Source of the DNA: Poseidonia sp. | Lineage (GTDB): Archaea > Thermoplasmatota > Poseidoniia > Poseidoniales > Poseidoniaceae | Direction of reading: 5' to 3' | Length of the DNA stretch: 64,000 nt | Assembly (NCBI GenBank): GCA_030741355.1 | Contig: JASLVM010000001.1 | Span: forward strand, 76,087 to 140,086 | Shown here: positions 16,966 through 26,221 of the stretch, one piece after another | How the letters are laid out: each line of letters begins with the position of its first letter | Position numbering within the stretch: the stretch's first letter is position 1 | The notes under the pieces: model-generated | What the model was told of the DNA's origin: nothing | What the model saw: only the letters and a program-made list of their open reading frames with translations | Databases searched by the model: none | Translations under genes and position numbers: made by a program

Positions 16966-19900
16966 TCACGAGCGCTTGTTTTTTGCGAGGTTGAAAATGG
17001 CTCGGGATTGTTCAGCACTCCATCCAGTTTCTTGAAGTTGCATCAGCATCGTTCGTTCTTCTTCACCGTCGCCCATGGCGCCGACCACCCAGTCAACTGC
17101 AGCTTCTCTGTCCTCGGTTTGCCAATCTTCAAAGATGCTCAAGTCAACCTGAATCTTGGCTTTCCGGACCTTCGTTCCCGCCGGTTCATCTCCACCCTGC
17201 ACCACTTTCTTCCTGCTTGCTTTCTTTGGCTCTGCAGATTGTTTTGCCACCGGTGACTTGCTTGGACCTCGTCCGGGAGGGCCGCCCGTTCCTCGCTTGG
17301 GGGGACCTCCGCTTGCGCGACCTGGAGGCGAGGTCGGTCCAGGGCCTGAGGGGCCCTTTGCCCGTGCAGGCGCCTTTCGCTCCGGGGCAGCCCGGGTGCG
17401 AGTTGGTGTTGCAACGGCCTTTCGGTCGAGGCGGTCAAGGAAACTCTCCTCTTCTTCCTCGTCATCGTCAAAGAAGTCGTCGTAATCGTCATCATCTTCA
17501 TCGTCATCATCGCCCCCTCGGAGCACACGAACGAGCACCAACGTCAGGATGAGGAAGACCCCGAAACCGCCGAGTGCGAGCATGATGGTGCCCGCATCAA
17601 CTCCGAAGAGTCCTTCCTCACCGTCGCCTGAAGCCGGAATGTATGGGCACCCATCGTCGTACCCATCAACGCCTTTCGGGTCGTTGGGGCAGTTGTCCGA
17701 GTCGTCCATGACGCCGTCAAGGTCGGAGTCCCGTTCGGAGATGTGGCAACCTTCCTCGTCAACCTGCAAGCCAGGTGTGGTTTTCGGACAGAAATCCGCG
17801 TTGGTGGCACCGGCCACGAATTGGCCGGGCCAAGAAGGATCTCTCGTGGCGTTCCAGGACGGGTCGCCCCAGTTGTCGCCATAGCCGTCAAAGTCGGAGT
17901 CTTTCCATTGCGTTGGGTCACCTCGAAGGGCAGCGGGTTCGTTTTCATCGCGCCACCCATCACCGTCATCATAGCATCCCAAGAAATCTATAGAAGAGGT
18001 CCCTGTTTCGGTGGGGCAGTCGTCAGCGTTGTTGGCTGGCGATGGATTGTCGCCGTAGCCATCCCCGTCTTGGTCAAACCACTGGGTCGCATCGCTGGGG
18101 AAGGCATCACCGGTTTGGTTCACATGCAGACCGGACACCGGGTCGATGTCGTAGGTGTAGACACCGCTGTAGCCATCACCGTCAAGGTCGGTATCAAGCG
18201 CACTCTCATCGGTGCACCCGTTAGCGAGGATGGGGAAGCCGGGCGGCGTATCGTCGCATGCGTCGTCCAAGTCGGAAAGACCGTCGCCATCAGTATCTCG
18301 CTGTGCTTGAGAACATCCGTTTTCGTCGACTTCTTGCCCAGCACCGGTGTTGGGGCAATCGTCCAGCGGGTCGTTAAGCCCATCACCGTCTGAATCAGAG
18401 GTGCGTTGTTCGTTGCTGCAACCATCGCCATCGACGGCAATACCGGACGGTGTATCGGGACACAGGTCAACGTTGTTCTTCACGCCATCATCGTCATCGT
18501 CGAGCTCGGATTGGGAACAGCCTTGCTCGTTGACCGATTCGCCAGCAGGCGTGTTCGGACAGAGCGTGTCAAGTTCGTTGATCACACCGTCGCCGTCGTT
18601 ATCCGCCACGTCAATGAGGCGGCATCCGACACCGTCGGTGCCGTCGAGCACACCGGCTTCATCGGGGCAGAAATCACCCTCAAAGCCTGTGGGATTGTCA
18701 CCAAAGCCGTCACCGTCCCGGTCTCGAGACTGGGTCTTTTCGGACGGGAAGGCATCACCGAGTTCGTCAATACGCAGGCCGGTGTCTTGGTCGATGTCGT
18801 ACACATAGGCGTCCGTGTACCCGTCGCCGTCAGCGTCAGGACACCCGTAGGCATACACCGACAAACTACGGCGGGTTGAGTTCCCCCATTCGGTTGGGCA
18901 GGCATCGAGTTGGATTCCTTCAGCGTTGGAGCCGTTGTACAGGGCCGTCCAGTTGTCGGCGTATCCATCGTCGTCCGTGTCGTTGGCCGCCGCTTTGCGA
19001 AGTGGGAAGCGGTCAGGATTGGTGGCGTTTTCCGATTGGTTATCGCCAAAACCGTCGCCGTCGCTGTCCTTCCATTGCGTGGGGTCAAACGGCCAGACAT
19101 CAGCCCCGTGAACGGTGGCGTTCCATTCGAAGATGCTCCCCTCATCCGAGGGATCGCTGGCGCCGTCTGCGTCGCTGTCAAGGCACCCGTTTCGGTCCCT
19201 GTACGAAGTCCCAAAGTCCCACGGGCAGTAATCACCGTGAACGGTATCGGTGTCGTTATCACCGTACCCGTCGCCATCGTAATCGGCATATTGTGAGGAC
19301 AAGTAAGGGAACAAGTCGCCTGGACCTGCGTTCGGGTCAAAGACGGGCACTGCACAGCAATCGACACCGTGATTATCGCCAAAGCCGTCATCATCGGTAT
19401 CGAGGGCTTGCTTCCAATTACTCTTGAATACATCACCGTCGAAATATTGAGCATCGTTGTCAGACCAGCCGTCCTGGTCGAGGTCCTCACAGCCAAAGCG
19501 GTCAATCCAGGATGTACCGCCTTCGTCATCGCACCCGTCGATTTCGTCCCGGTATCCATCGGTATCGTAATCGGCACAGCCTTGAATCACGAACGAGGAG
19601 GTGCCAAAAGATGTCGGGCAGGCATCAGGCAGAGGTCCAAGCGGGTTGTCGCCGTAGTTGTCGCTGTCACTGTCCTTCCATTGGTTGCCCACCGCTGGCA
19701 TGGCGTCGATGATGTCAAACACCAGGTCTCGGTCTTGGTCAGCGTACAATCGCAGCATGACCACGTCGTCATCGACCGTATCCCAATACGCCATGTGAAC
19801 GGTCCCGTTGCTGTCAAGCGTGGCGTGAACCGGTTCGTTGGTGGTGATGTCTCCGAACATGACCGACATCCAAGAAGCCGTCTGGTGCGAATGGTTGAGT

Positions 19901-22900
19901 TCAAGGGTGTTCACCGTCAATTGCTGAGTTGCGGGGTCGCTGGTCAACAAGAGCAGATGGTCGTCCACATGGACAAGGTCCCACGCCCCGTCGGCGGCCG
20001 CAGCGGGTCGCTCAGCGAGCGTGGCCCACACACCCGTTTCGTTCAGTCCCAGAACAGAAGAGATGGCGTTTCCACGGACGGCCAACATCGGGTGGTCGCC
20101 ACCAAGAAGGTCCAGACGGTATTCGTTGGTGGTACCGCTGGGTTGTGGTACCGTGTGCTCCTGCCAGTCGCTGCTTCCCGGCCACAGCTCATGCACACTC
20201 AGGGAGCCATCCGTGGTCAGGCTTGCCAAAAGAAGAGAACCGTTGGCCAAGGTCGTGAGTTGAAGTTCGCTGTTCAAATCAGAATGGTTGGTGATGTTGT
20301 GCCGGCTCAAGGTGCTTCCATCGTACACCCAAACAGCAAGGTGGGTACCGCTGCCGTTTGATGCGACCAAAGCGACCGCCAAGGAATCGTTTGAGAGCAC
20401 GGCAGTTGAGTGTTGCTTGGAAACGGCTTCACCCTCTTCTCCAAGGGTGGTCAAGGACCAACTTGAACCGCCTACGGCCAACTCCAGTTGGCTGGTTGGG
20501 TCGTGCCTGTAGACGAGATGAGGTGTGTCTTGGCTGTCAACGACAACCTCGATCGGAGCGGCGAGGTCGGCACTGTTGCGAACCATCTCGGTTGACCAAC
20601 CGGTAGCGCCTTGTGTGGCGGCAAAGATTTGTCTTCCAGCACCGGACGTGTAAGCAAGCACTTGTTCGTTATCGTGAGTGGACGTAGAGCCGAGCCATTG
20701 CCCCATGGTCCCGGTGGTAGCGACGTCTTGTTCCAGCGCGGTCATCGAAGAAGTGCTGTGCAGAACCATGGAGGTTCTGTTTTCAACCAACAGTACGGGT
20801 TGACCTGATGAGCGAACGTCAAAAGTCACCCCAAGGTGAGTGGTGTTGAGGCTGACCAAAGTTTGGTCGACCCATTGTCCCGATGGCGTGCCGTCGTTCA
20901 TGTGTTCAATCTTTGAAACGTGATGTCGTAGCGCATCAGCGTGCGTGAAGACAAGGCTGGTTTCGCCTCGTTTCGCCGTACCCAAGTCAAGACCGTTCAC
21001 GGTCCCCTGCTGGTTGAAGTTGATGGATTCCCAATCTCGCTCACTCAACAGGAGGTAGTCGAGACCGTAAGCATCACCACGAGTAGAAGAACGCAATGAG
21101 TAGGCCAAGTCGCTTAGACCGTCGCCGTCCACATCGCCATCAGCAGCCATTCGCATACCAAGGCGTTCGCTGCTGTTGCCCTCTGCGAGCAGTTGTCGGT
21201 CCGTGCTCAATCCGGTCTCAGAGCCGAGGAAGATCTCGATGCGACCCGAGGAGGAGCCCATACGACTTGAGATGTAAACGTCGTCGTAGCCGTCTTCGTT
21301 GATGTCGCCGGCCGCCACGACGGTTTCACCCACACGGGTGTTTGGGGTCGTGGGTTCAAACTTCCAATCAGCGTCGCCAGGGAGCAACCCGTTGGTTCCT
21401 TCAAACAGCCAGAGGACACCTGTTCCAAAGGCAGAGGAGGCGTTGAGCGGTTCCGTGATGATGTGTTCATCGTAGCCATCCCCGTTCAAGTCGCCAACGC
21501 ACGCCACGACCAAGCCGAATAATTTGCCCTGTATGAGCGAAGCCAGGGTATGGTCGGGCGTTCCGTTGTATCCGGTCGAAGAGCCGTAAAAATACTCGAT
21601 CGAGGAATAGGAAAGTGCGTCTTCGAATGAACCCGTGTTGCCTACGATGAGTTCATCGAAACCGTCGTTGTTGATATCGCAGCCCTCCAAAGAGCGCCCA
21701 AACAAGTCACCTTGTTTTGTTTGAGTGAGGTTTCGTAAGAGACTCAAGCCCGTTTCATTACTGGAATAGAGGTTCACTTTACCGGCATCGGGTTCAGAAG
21801 AACCGGTGTCCATGGAGTAATTGAGGGCCGTTATAGCGAGATAATCGCCAGCACCCGTGTGGTGAAGGACTTCAACCGCACTTCCAAGGGACTCGTTATC
21901 GAGCCCGGAAACTGTTGTCCAGGCTGTCGAGGAAACCCCCGATTCGTTGCCCAAAAAGACCTGAACCTGCCCGTGGCGCACCTCTGAATCGTTGGCGTGC
22001 GCCCAACCCGGAGCGCCAATGGCCAAATCCATGATGCCGTCGTTGTTGAGGTCGCCATGGTCCATGCCCGCACCGAAGTGGACGCCATCCCCCTCTCCAG
22101 CAAGAATCACATCGGGGACCTGAGAAAGCCCCTCCGTGGAGCCGTAGTATACGTCCACACGGCCGTTGTCAACATAGGTAAGGAGATCGGCATGGGGGGT
22201 GGAGATGACCAAGTCATCAAACCCGTCGTGGTTCAAATCCGAAAAGAGGAGGGTGCCTTCTTGCTCGTCGGTTTCACCTTCTCGAACGTCCTTTGGCGTA
22301 GGGTCCACGCGACCCGTGTCCTGCCCGGAAAGTGAACGGATGAGATTGAGGGTAAAGGTTGAGCCTGTCTGGGATGCGGTCGCCACCTGTTCGATGTTAT
22401 TGGCGTCCAGGTCCATGCCCAAGGCGTCAACGAGGTGTTCATCGCTCAGCAAGATGCGTACATCGTGCGTAAATCCATCAACACGAAGCAACACGACATC
22501 GCCGGTGTTCGTCCGCGAATACAGGACGTGGGCCACGCCATTTTCATCGATTTCCAGTTCGAAATCCTCTCCAACCGGACCGGCATCCAGAAGGTAGTTT
22601 GTCCAATATGCGCCGCTAAAGTTCACCTGGTGAAGGGCACCCGAAGCGGTCCTCATCAAGCCCCATTCAAGACCGCCCGGGGTGATGTCGAGGGCCAAAT
22701 GCGTTGGGTACACGTCTTCCATGATGGTTCGAATGTGCCAGCGTGCACCGTCCCAGTAGGTCGGGTTTTGGAGCGCATAGCGCCCCATTTTCAGGTCATC
22801 ACCATCGGCGTAGAGCACACGTGGAAGCTCGTTGGCGGTGATGGCGATGGCACAATCCACCAAATCAGAAGTGTTGGATGATGCGACCGTGTCAACCAGG

Positions 22901-23304
22901 GTGGTCGACCACTGGCCGTTTGGACGATGGGTGGCGGTGCGTACTGGGCCTTCCTCTGTGCTCCAGCAATAATGCTCCTTGTCGTGTCGCGTCAACTTCA
23001 TGTCCGGCGTCCCGTGATGTTCACTGCTCGAGGTGTTGAATTCTGTCGTCATCCACAGGTCAAACATGGACTCTTCCCGCACACCAACTTGGACCAGCCC
23101 GTCCACGTCGATGGTGGACGAACCAAGGTCATGCCCGTAGCCTGATTCCAGCGAATAAGGAGCGGTTTGAAGGACTGAATTGGCTTCATCCAGCGGTTCT
23201 TGTTCGGGTTGTTGGGACAGGACAGGGGCCCACAAGGAGACCACAAAAAGGAGGGTGAGCATGACGCTCTTGAGTTGAATATTCTGAAATTCGACGCCCG
23301 CCAT
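16966..23304 (-). CDS. Giant (2112 aa) cell-surface protein: beta-propellers with FG-GAP repeats, TSP type-3 Ca-binding repeats, TM anchor, cytoplasmic tail
   Basis: Signal peptide; repeated D[LI]N.DG.DDL...GAP; many D.D.DG.GDN...DAFP/DACP repeats; TM IMLALGGFGVFLILTLVLV; acidic, Pro/Gly-rich and helical C-terminus. Confidence 0.9.
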   Translation of the reverse strand: MAGVEFQNIQLKSVMLTLLFVVSLWAPVLSQQPEQEPLDEANSVLQTAPYSLESGYGHDLGSSTIDVDGLVQVGVREESMFDLWMTTEFNTSSSEHHGTPDMKLTRHDKEHYCWSTEEGPVRTATHRPNGQWSTTLVDTVASSNTSDLVDCAIAITANELPRVLYADGDDLKMGRYALQNPTYWDGARWHIRTIMEDVYPTHLALDITPGGLEWGLMRTASGALHQVNFSGAYWTNYLLDAGPVGEDFELEIDENGVAHVLYSRTNTGDVVLLRVDGFTHDVRILLSDEHLVDALGMDLDANNIEQVATASQTGSTFTLNLIRSLSGQDTGRVDPTPKDVREGETDEQEGTLLFSDLNHDGFDDLVISTPHADLLTYVDNGRVDVYYGSTEGLSQVPDVILAGEGDGVHFGAGMDHGDLNNDGIMDLAIGAPGWAHANDSEVRHGQVQVFLGNESGVSSTAWTTVSGLDNESLGSAVEVLHHTGAGDYLAITALNYSMDTGSSEPDAGKVNLYSSNETGLSLLRNLTQTKQGDLFGRSLEGCDINNDGFDELIVGNTGSFEDALSYSSIEYFYGSSTGYNGTPDHTLASLIQGKLFGLVVACVGDLNGDGYDEHIITEPLNASSAFGTGVLWLFEGTNGLLPGDADWKFEPTTPNTRVGETVVAAGDINEDGYDDVYISSRMGSSSGRIEIFLGSETGLSTDRQLLAEGNSSERLGMRMAADGDVDGDGLSDLAYSLRSSTRGDAYGLDYLLLSERDWESINFNQQGTVNGLDLGTAKRGETSLVFTHADALRHHVSKIEHMNDGTPSGQWVDQTLVSLNTTHLGVTFDVRSSGQPVLLVENRTSMVLHSTSSMTALEQDVATTGTMGQWLGSTSTHDNEQVLAYTSGAGRQIFAATQGATGWSTEMVRNSADLAAPIEVVVDSQDTPHLVYRHDPTSQLELAVGGSSWSLTTLGEEGEAVSKQHSTAVLSNDSLAVALVASNGSGTHLAVWVYDGSTLSRHNITNHSDLNSELQLTTLANGSLLLASLTTDGSLSVHELWPGSSDWQEHTVPQPSGTTNEYRLDLLGGDHPMLAVRGNAISSVLGLNETGVWATLAERPAAAADGAWDLVHVDDHLLLLTSDPATQQLTVNTLELNHSHQTASWMSVMFGDITTNEPVHATLDSNGTVHMAYWDTVDDDVVMLRLYADQDRDLVFDIIDAMPAVGNQWKDSDSDNYGDNPLGPLPDACPTSFGTSSFVIQGCADYDTDGYRDEIDGCDDEGGTSWIDRFGCEDLDQDGWSDNDAQYFDGDVFKSNWKQALDTDDDGFGDNHGVDCCAVPVFDPNAGPGDLFPYLSSQYADYDGDGYGDNDTDTVHGDYCPWDFGTSYRDRNGCLDSDADGASDPSDEGSIFEWNATVHGADVWPFDPTQWKDSDGDGFGDNQSENATNPDRFPLRKAAANDTDDDGYADNWTALYNGSNAEGIQLDACPTEWGNSTRRSLSVYAYGCPDADGDGYTDAYVYDIDQDTGLRIDELGDAFPSEKTQSRDRDGDGFGDNPTGFEGDFCPDEAGVLDGTDGVGCRLIDVADNDGDGVINELDTLCPNTPAGESVNEQGCSQSELDDDDDGVKNNVDLCPDTPSGIAVDGDGCSNEQRTSDSDGDGLNDPLDDCPNTGAGQEVDENGCSQAQRDTDGDGLSDLDDACDDTPPGFPILANGCTDESALDTDLDGDGYSGVYTYDIDPVSGLHVNQTGDAFPSDATQWFDQDGDGYGDNPSPANNADDCPTETGTSSIDFLGCYDDGDGWRDENEPAALRGDPTQWKDSDFDGYGDNWGDPSWNATRDPSWPGQFVAGATNADFCPKTTPGLQVDEEGCHISERDSDLDGVMDDSDNCPNDPKGVDGYDDGCPYIPASGDGEEGLFGVDAGTIMLALGGFGVFLILTLVLVRVLRGGDDDDEDDDDYDDFFDDDEEEEESFLDRLDRKAVATPTRTRAAPERKAPARAKGPSGPGPTSPPGRASGGPPKRGTGGPPGRGPSKSPVAKQSAEPKKASRKKVVQGGDEPAGTKVRKAKIQVDLSIFEDWQTEDREAAVDWVVGAMGDGEEERTMLMQLQETGWSAEQSRAIFNLAKNKRS

Positions 23305-23351
23305 GGCCGAAGCAGAGCCTCCAACCTAGAAAATCATTGTTCAGCCCGGCC

Positions 23352-23370
23352 TGACCCCCATAGGGGGTCA
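23352..23370. promoter_or_regulatory. Perfect inverted repeat TGACCCCC-ATA-GGGGGTCA in a divergent intergenic region
   Basis: Seen directly between the giant surface gene and thiN; operator role inferred. Confidence 0.5.
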
Positions 23371-23427
23371 AATCACCCATTGGCGCCCACCGCTGGTTTG
23401 AGAAAGGCGAGCCCAGCGTCCAGTTGC

Positions 23428-24084
23428 ATGAAGTCCGCAAGCTGCGTCATTTTCACAGCGGGCGACTGGTGCAACCTCGACATGATTCGGCCACATCTCG
23501 AACATCAGCCAACTGTCCTTGCTTGCGACGGGGCACTTGCCACCTGTCTGGAAAATGGTATCGTTCCCGACGCCGTCGTCGGCGACATGGACAGCGTCGA
23601 TGCGTCCGTCGTCAAACGATTTGTTGATCTTGACGGCCGGGTTCATCGAAGAGAAGAACAAGACAGCCATGACTTGAGCAAAGCCTTGGTGTTGGCCGAA
23701 GAATGGGGCCATCTGTCATGCCTCGTCGTGGGGGCAACGGGAGGAGACCGGGAACACGAGTGGGCCAACCTCCTGACGTGTGCGGCCTCAACCATCGACA
23801 TTGAATGCCTCGGAAACCTCCATACGCATCGGTTTTTCTCCCATGACAAGGAACATTCTATAGAAATTGGAGCGGGAGAAAAGTTCTCACTCTTTGGCCT
23901 GCCGATCGCTGAAGGCATCTCCCTCTCCGGGGCAAAATACACGCTCGAAAAAGCAACGCTGAACATGGGCTCCAAAGGGCTTCATAACGTCGCCGTCGGC
24001 TCGGCGTTGAACATCACGTACTCGGAGGGGCGACTCATGCTTCTGAAACATCATCCTTCGGTGAAGGCGGAAGAAAGGTCCTGA
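23428..24084 (+). CDS. thiN: Thiamine pyrophosphokinase
   Basis: ACDGA, PDAVVGDMDS, EQDSHDLSKAL, GATGGDREH, GAKYTL, GLHN. Confidence 0.9.
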   Translation: MKSASCVIFTAGDWCNLDMIRPHLEHQPTVLACDGALATCLENGIVPDAVVGDMDSVDASVVKRFVDLDGRVHRREEQDSHDLSKALVLAEEWGHLSCLVVGATGGDREHEWANLLTCAASTIDIECLGNLHTHRFFSHDKEHSIEIGAGEKFSLFGLPIAEGISLSGAKYTLEKATLNMGSKGLHNVAVGSALNITYSEGRLMLLKHHPSVKAEERS

Positions 24085-24916
24085 GCATCGCTGAATAATC
24101 CTCTTCGCCATCCCAAGCCTGAGCCTTTTCATCGATACGGGCTTTCTCAAGCGTGGTCTCAAAACCGCCCCAATCCTCAATGAGTTTGAGACGGAACGCG
24201 GCTTTTGGCGTGTATCCTGGAAGGAAATTCCTCCAAAGGAAAGGAATACGTCCGGGCGTGACTTTGTTGACGATCTTGACGATGGAGGTGTTACATGTGG
24301 TCAACAAGGAGTGATACCATTCGGGGTTCACGGCCAAGTCGTTGAGTTTCCGAATCATCCCAAACAGCAATTCCTTGTCCTTACCGGGCGGAGTAACGGC
24401 TCGGAACATGTAGTCGCGGTTCTTTCTTCCGTGGGTTCGAAGTCCGGTAACATCTCGCTCAAACCCAACCAAGAGGTAGAGTTCGTAAGCCCGCCACATT
24501 CCGTCCCAGGGGTGGTAGCGCTCGTTTTTTTCACGACGTGTTTCAAAGGAAAAAGAAAGACACGTGCCGCAGCCAAATTCGAACGTCAAGTAGGTGTGAG
24601 CAAGTCCTTTCAAAGAATGGAAATGGTCAACCATGAACCAAATGTGTTTGAGGTCGTTCCCGTCAACTTCGACGTTCTCAACCCAATTTTCATCGCGGTC
24701 GCGGGTGGTCCTCCAGGTGAAATCACGAACCATGTGAAAGGTGATTTTTGAGCCTTCAACCGTGGCGGTCGTCAGGTGCTCACAATCGGCAGCCCACTCA
24801 AGTTCCAAGGAAGGCTCAAGTGGGCGAATACGGGTGTACCAGACGTAGAAGAGACGAATCGAGACCACAAGAGCAAGGCCGGCGACAGCCATCAAGAGAT
24901 AATTCAACCAACCCAT
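24035..24916 (-). CDS. DUF4105 (Lnb N-terminal-like) membrane-anchored protein
   Basis: N-terminal TM; VRDFTWR, AHTYLTFEF, SFETRREK.E.Y, R.YEL, PEWYHSLLTTCNT. Confidence 0.8.
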   Translation of the reverse strand: MGWLNYLLMAVAGLALVVSIRLFYVWYTRIRPLEPSLELEWAADCEHLTTATVEGSKITFHMVRDFTWRTTRDRDENWVENVEVDGNDLKHIWFMVDHFHSLKGLAHTYLTFEFGCGTCLSFSFETRREKNERYHPWDGMWRAYELYLLVGFERDVTGLRTHGRKNRDYMFRAVTPPGKDKELLFGMIRKLNDLAVNPEWYHSLLTTCNTSIVKIVNKVTPGRIPFLWRNFLPGYTPKAAFRLKLIEDWGGFETTLEKARIDEKAQAWDGEEDYSAMLRTFLPPSPKDDVSEA

Positions 24917-26221
24917 CTATTCCCACCTGTGCCAAATGCTCCATTCTTGGTCCCACCAGTCAACCTCTCCACCGGGGTGTTGACGCCAAAGCACGCCTTG
25001 GTCGTCGAGGGTGGTCGGCAGCCCTTGCGTGTCAGGTGAGCCATCGGCAAGGACCTGGGGGGTGGGCCCAAGGGCCGGGAGTTCGAGAGCCTCGGGCTCT
25101 TTGTTTCGCACCAAGACGACAAAGACCACGATGGAAACAAGGAACGCCAAAACACCGATGGAAAGCCAACCGACCGATTCGGTTGGCGTGTCCATTCCGA
25201 GCGAGGAAGACGGGAGGTTTGCCGATTCATTGGCTGAAAGGTCGGCGGCTGGAAGACGGATGAGGTTCACGCCCTCTATGGACGAGATCATCTTCTCGGT
25301 TACAACTTCAAGGGTGATGAGGTGGGCCCCAGCAGGAAGGGTGGAGCAGTCAAAGGTGCTGCCGTTGGCGCCATCAATCCGTTGACCCCTCACCGACCAG
25401 ACCTTATTCAAATCCGCATCTGAGCGCCCATCCTCAAGGATCATGCGAACCATGCATGGCGTGTCAGTGGCGTTTTGATGACCTGAAACCGAAAGCGAGA
25501 AATCGGGGGCTGGACGGTTGTTGATGGTGAAATTCAACGTACTCTCTGCGGTTTGCCCAAGGCCGTTTCGGTAGGTCTCTTTGAGCTCATAAGCACCCGC
25601 AGGCCACGAAGAACAATCCAACACACCGTGCGTGTCCAAGACACTGAAGGGGGCGCCGGTGAAGGTTCGAACGCCGGTTTCGCCGTAGCGAGGACCGGTT
25701 TCATCGGAAAATTCTCTGACGATTTCGCAGGTTTCGCCGGTTTGAAGTCCATTACCTGCATTGAGTTTGAGGGCTACTCGAGGCACATCCAAGGAAGGCG
25801 TGAGCATGAACGTCGGAAGCGGGTAGGAAGCGATGAAGTCGCCGTTTTCGTCCAAGAAGTCCAAGCGAAGGACATGCTCGCCTTTGGACCATGCATCGTA
25901 AACAAGGGTGATGTTGGTCTGTCCTTGGAAAGAGATTTCCTGGGTCTCAAGCACTTCTCTTTCCTTGTGCAAGCCTCGGAGTTTGACGATCAAGTCGTTG
26001 GATGCAGCGGTTGAATTCAAAACGACCACAACACGAACGGCATCGATATCGCCGTCTTGATTGGTATCGATGGTGTCGTTGCGAAGCGCGAGAAGGGTCA
26101 ACCCTTGTTCTGCCAACTGTTCTTCAGTGCTCAATTCAGCGGTGGCGGGCAACGGGAGAAGAAGGCACACCAGCAAAAGACCGATGAGAACGGCTCGAGG
26201 GCGGCTAGAGGCGTCATGCAT
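24917..26221 (-). CDS. Secreted single-pass membrane protein (Ig/PKD-like) with a Trp-rich C-terminal module
   Basis: Signal peptide; TM WLSIGVLAFLVSIVVFVVLV; tail DDQGVLWRQHPGGEVDWWDQEWSIWHRWE. Start could be 26230. Confidence 0.75.
   Translation of the reverse strand: MHDASSRPRAVLIGLLLVCLLLPLPATAELSTEEQLAEQGLTLLALRNDTIDTNQDGDIDAVRVVVVLNSTAASNDLIVKLRGLHKEREVLETQEISFQGQTNITLVYDAWSKGEHVLRLDFLDENGDFIASYPLPTFMLTPSLDVPRVALKLNAGNGLQTGETCEIVREFSDETGPRYGETGVRTFTGAPFSVLDTHGVLDCSSWPAGAYELKETYRNGLGQTAESTLNFTINNRPAPDFSLSVSGHQNATDTPCMVRMILEDGRSDADLNKVWSVRGQRIDGANGSTFDCSTLPAGAHLITLEVVTEKMISSIEGVNLIRLPAADLSANESANLPSSSLGMDTPTESVGWLSIGVLAFLVSIVVFVVLVRNKEPEALELPALGPTPQVLADGSPDTQGLPTTLDDQGVLWRQHPGGEVDWWDQEWSIWHRWE

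Noticed and set aside
17139-23440. Long alternative-frame and antisense ORFs (e.g. 18582..19577, 19369..20361) and similar ones across the window
   Set aside because: They are shadows of well-supported genes in GC-rich, stop-poor sequence and carry no recognisable motifs.
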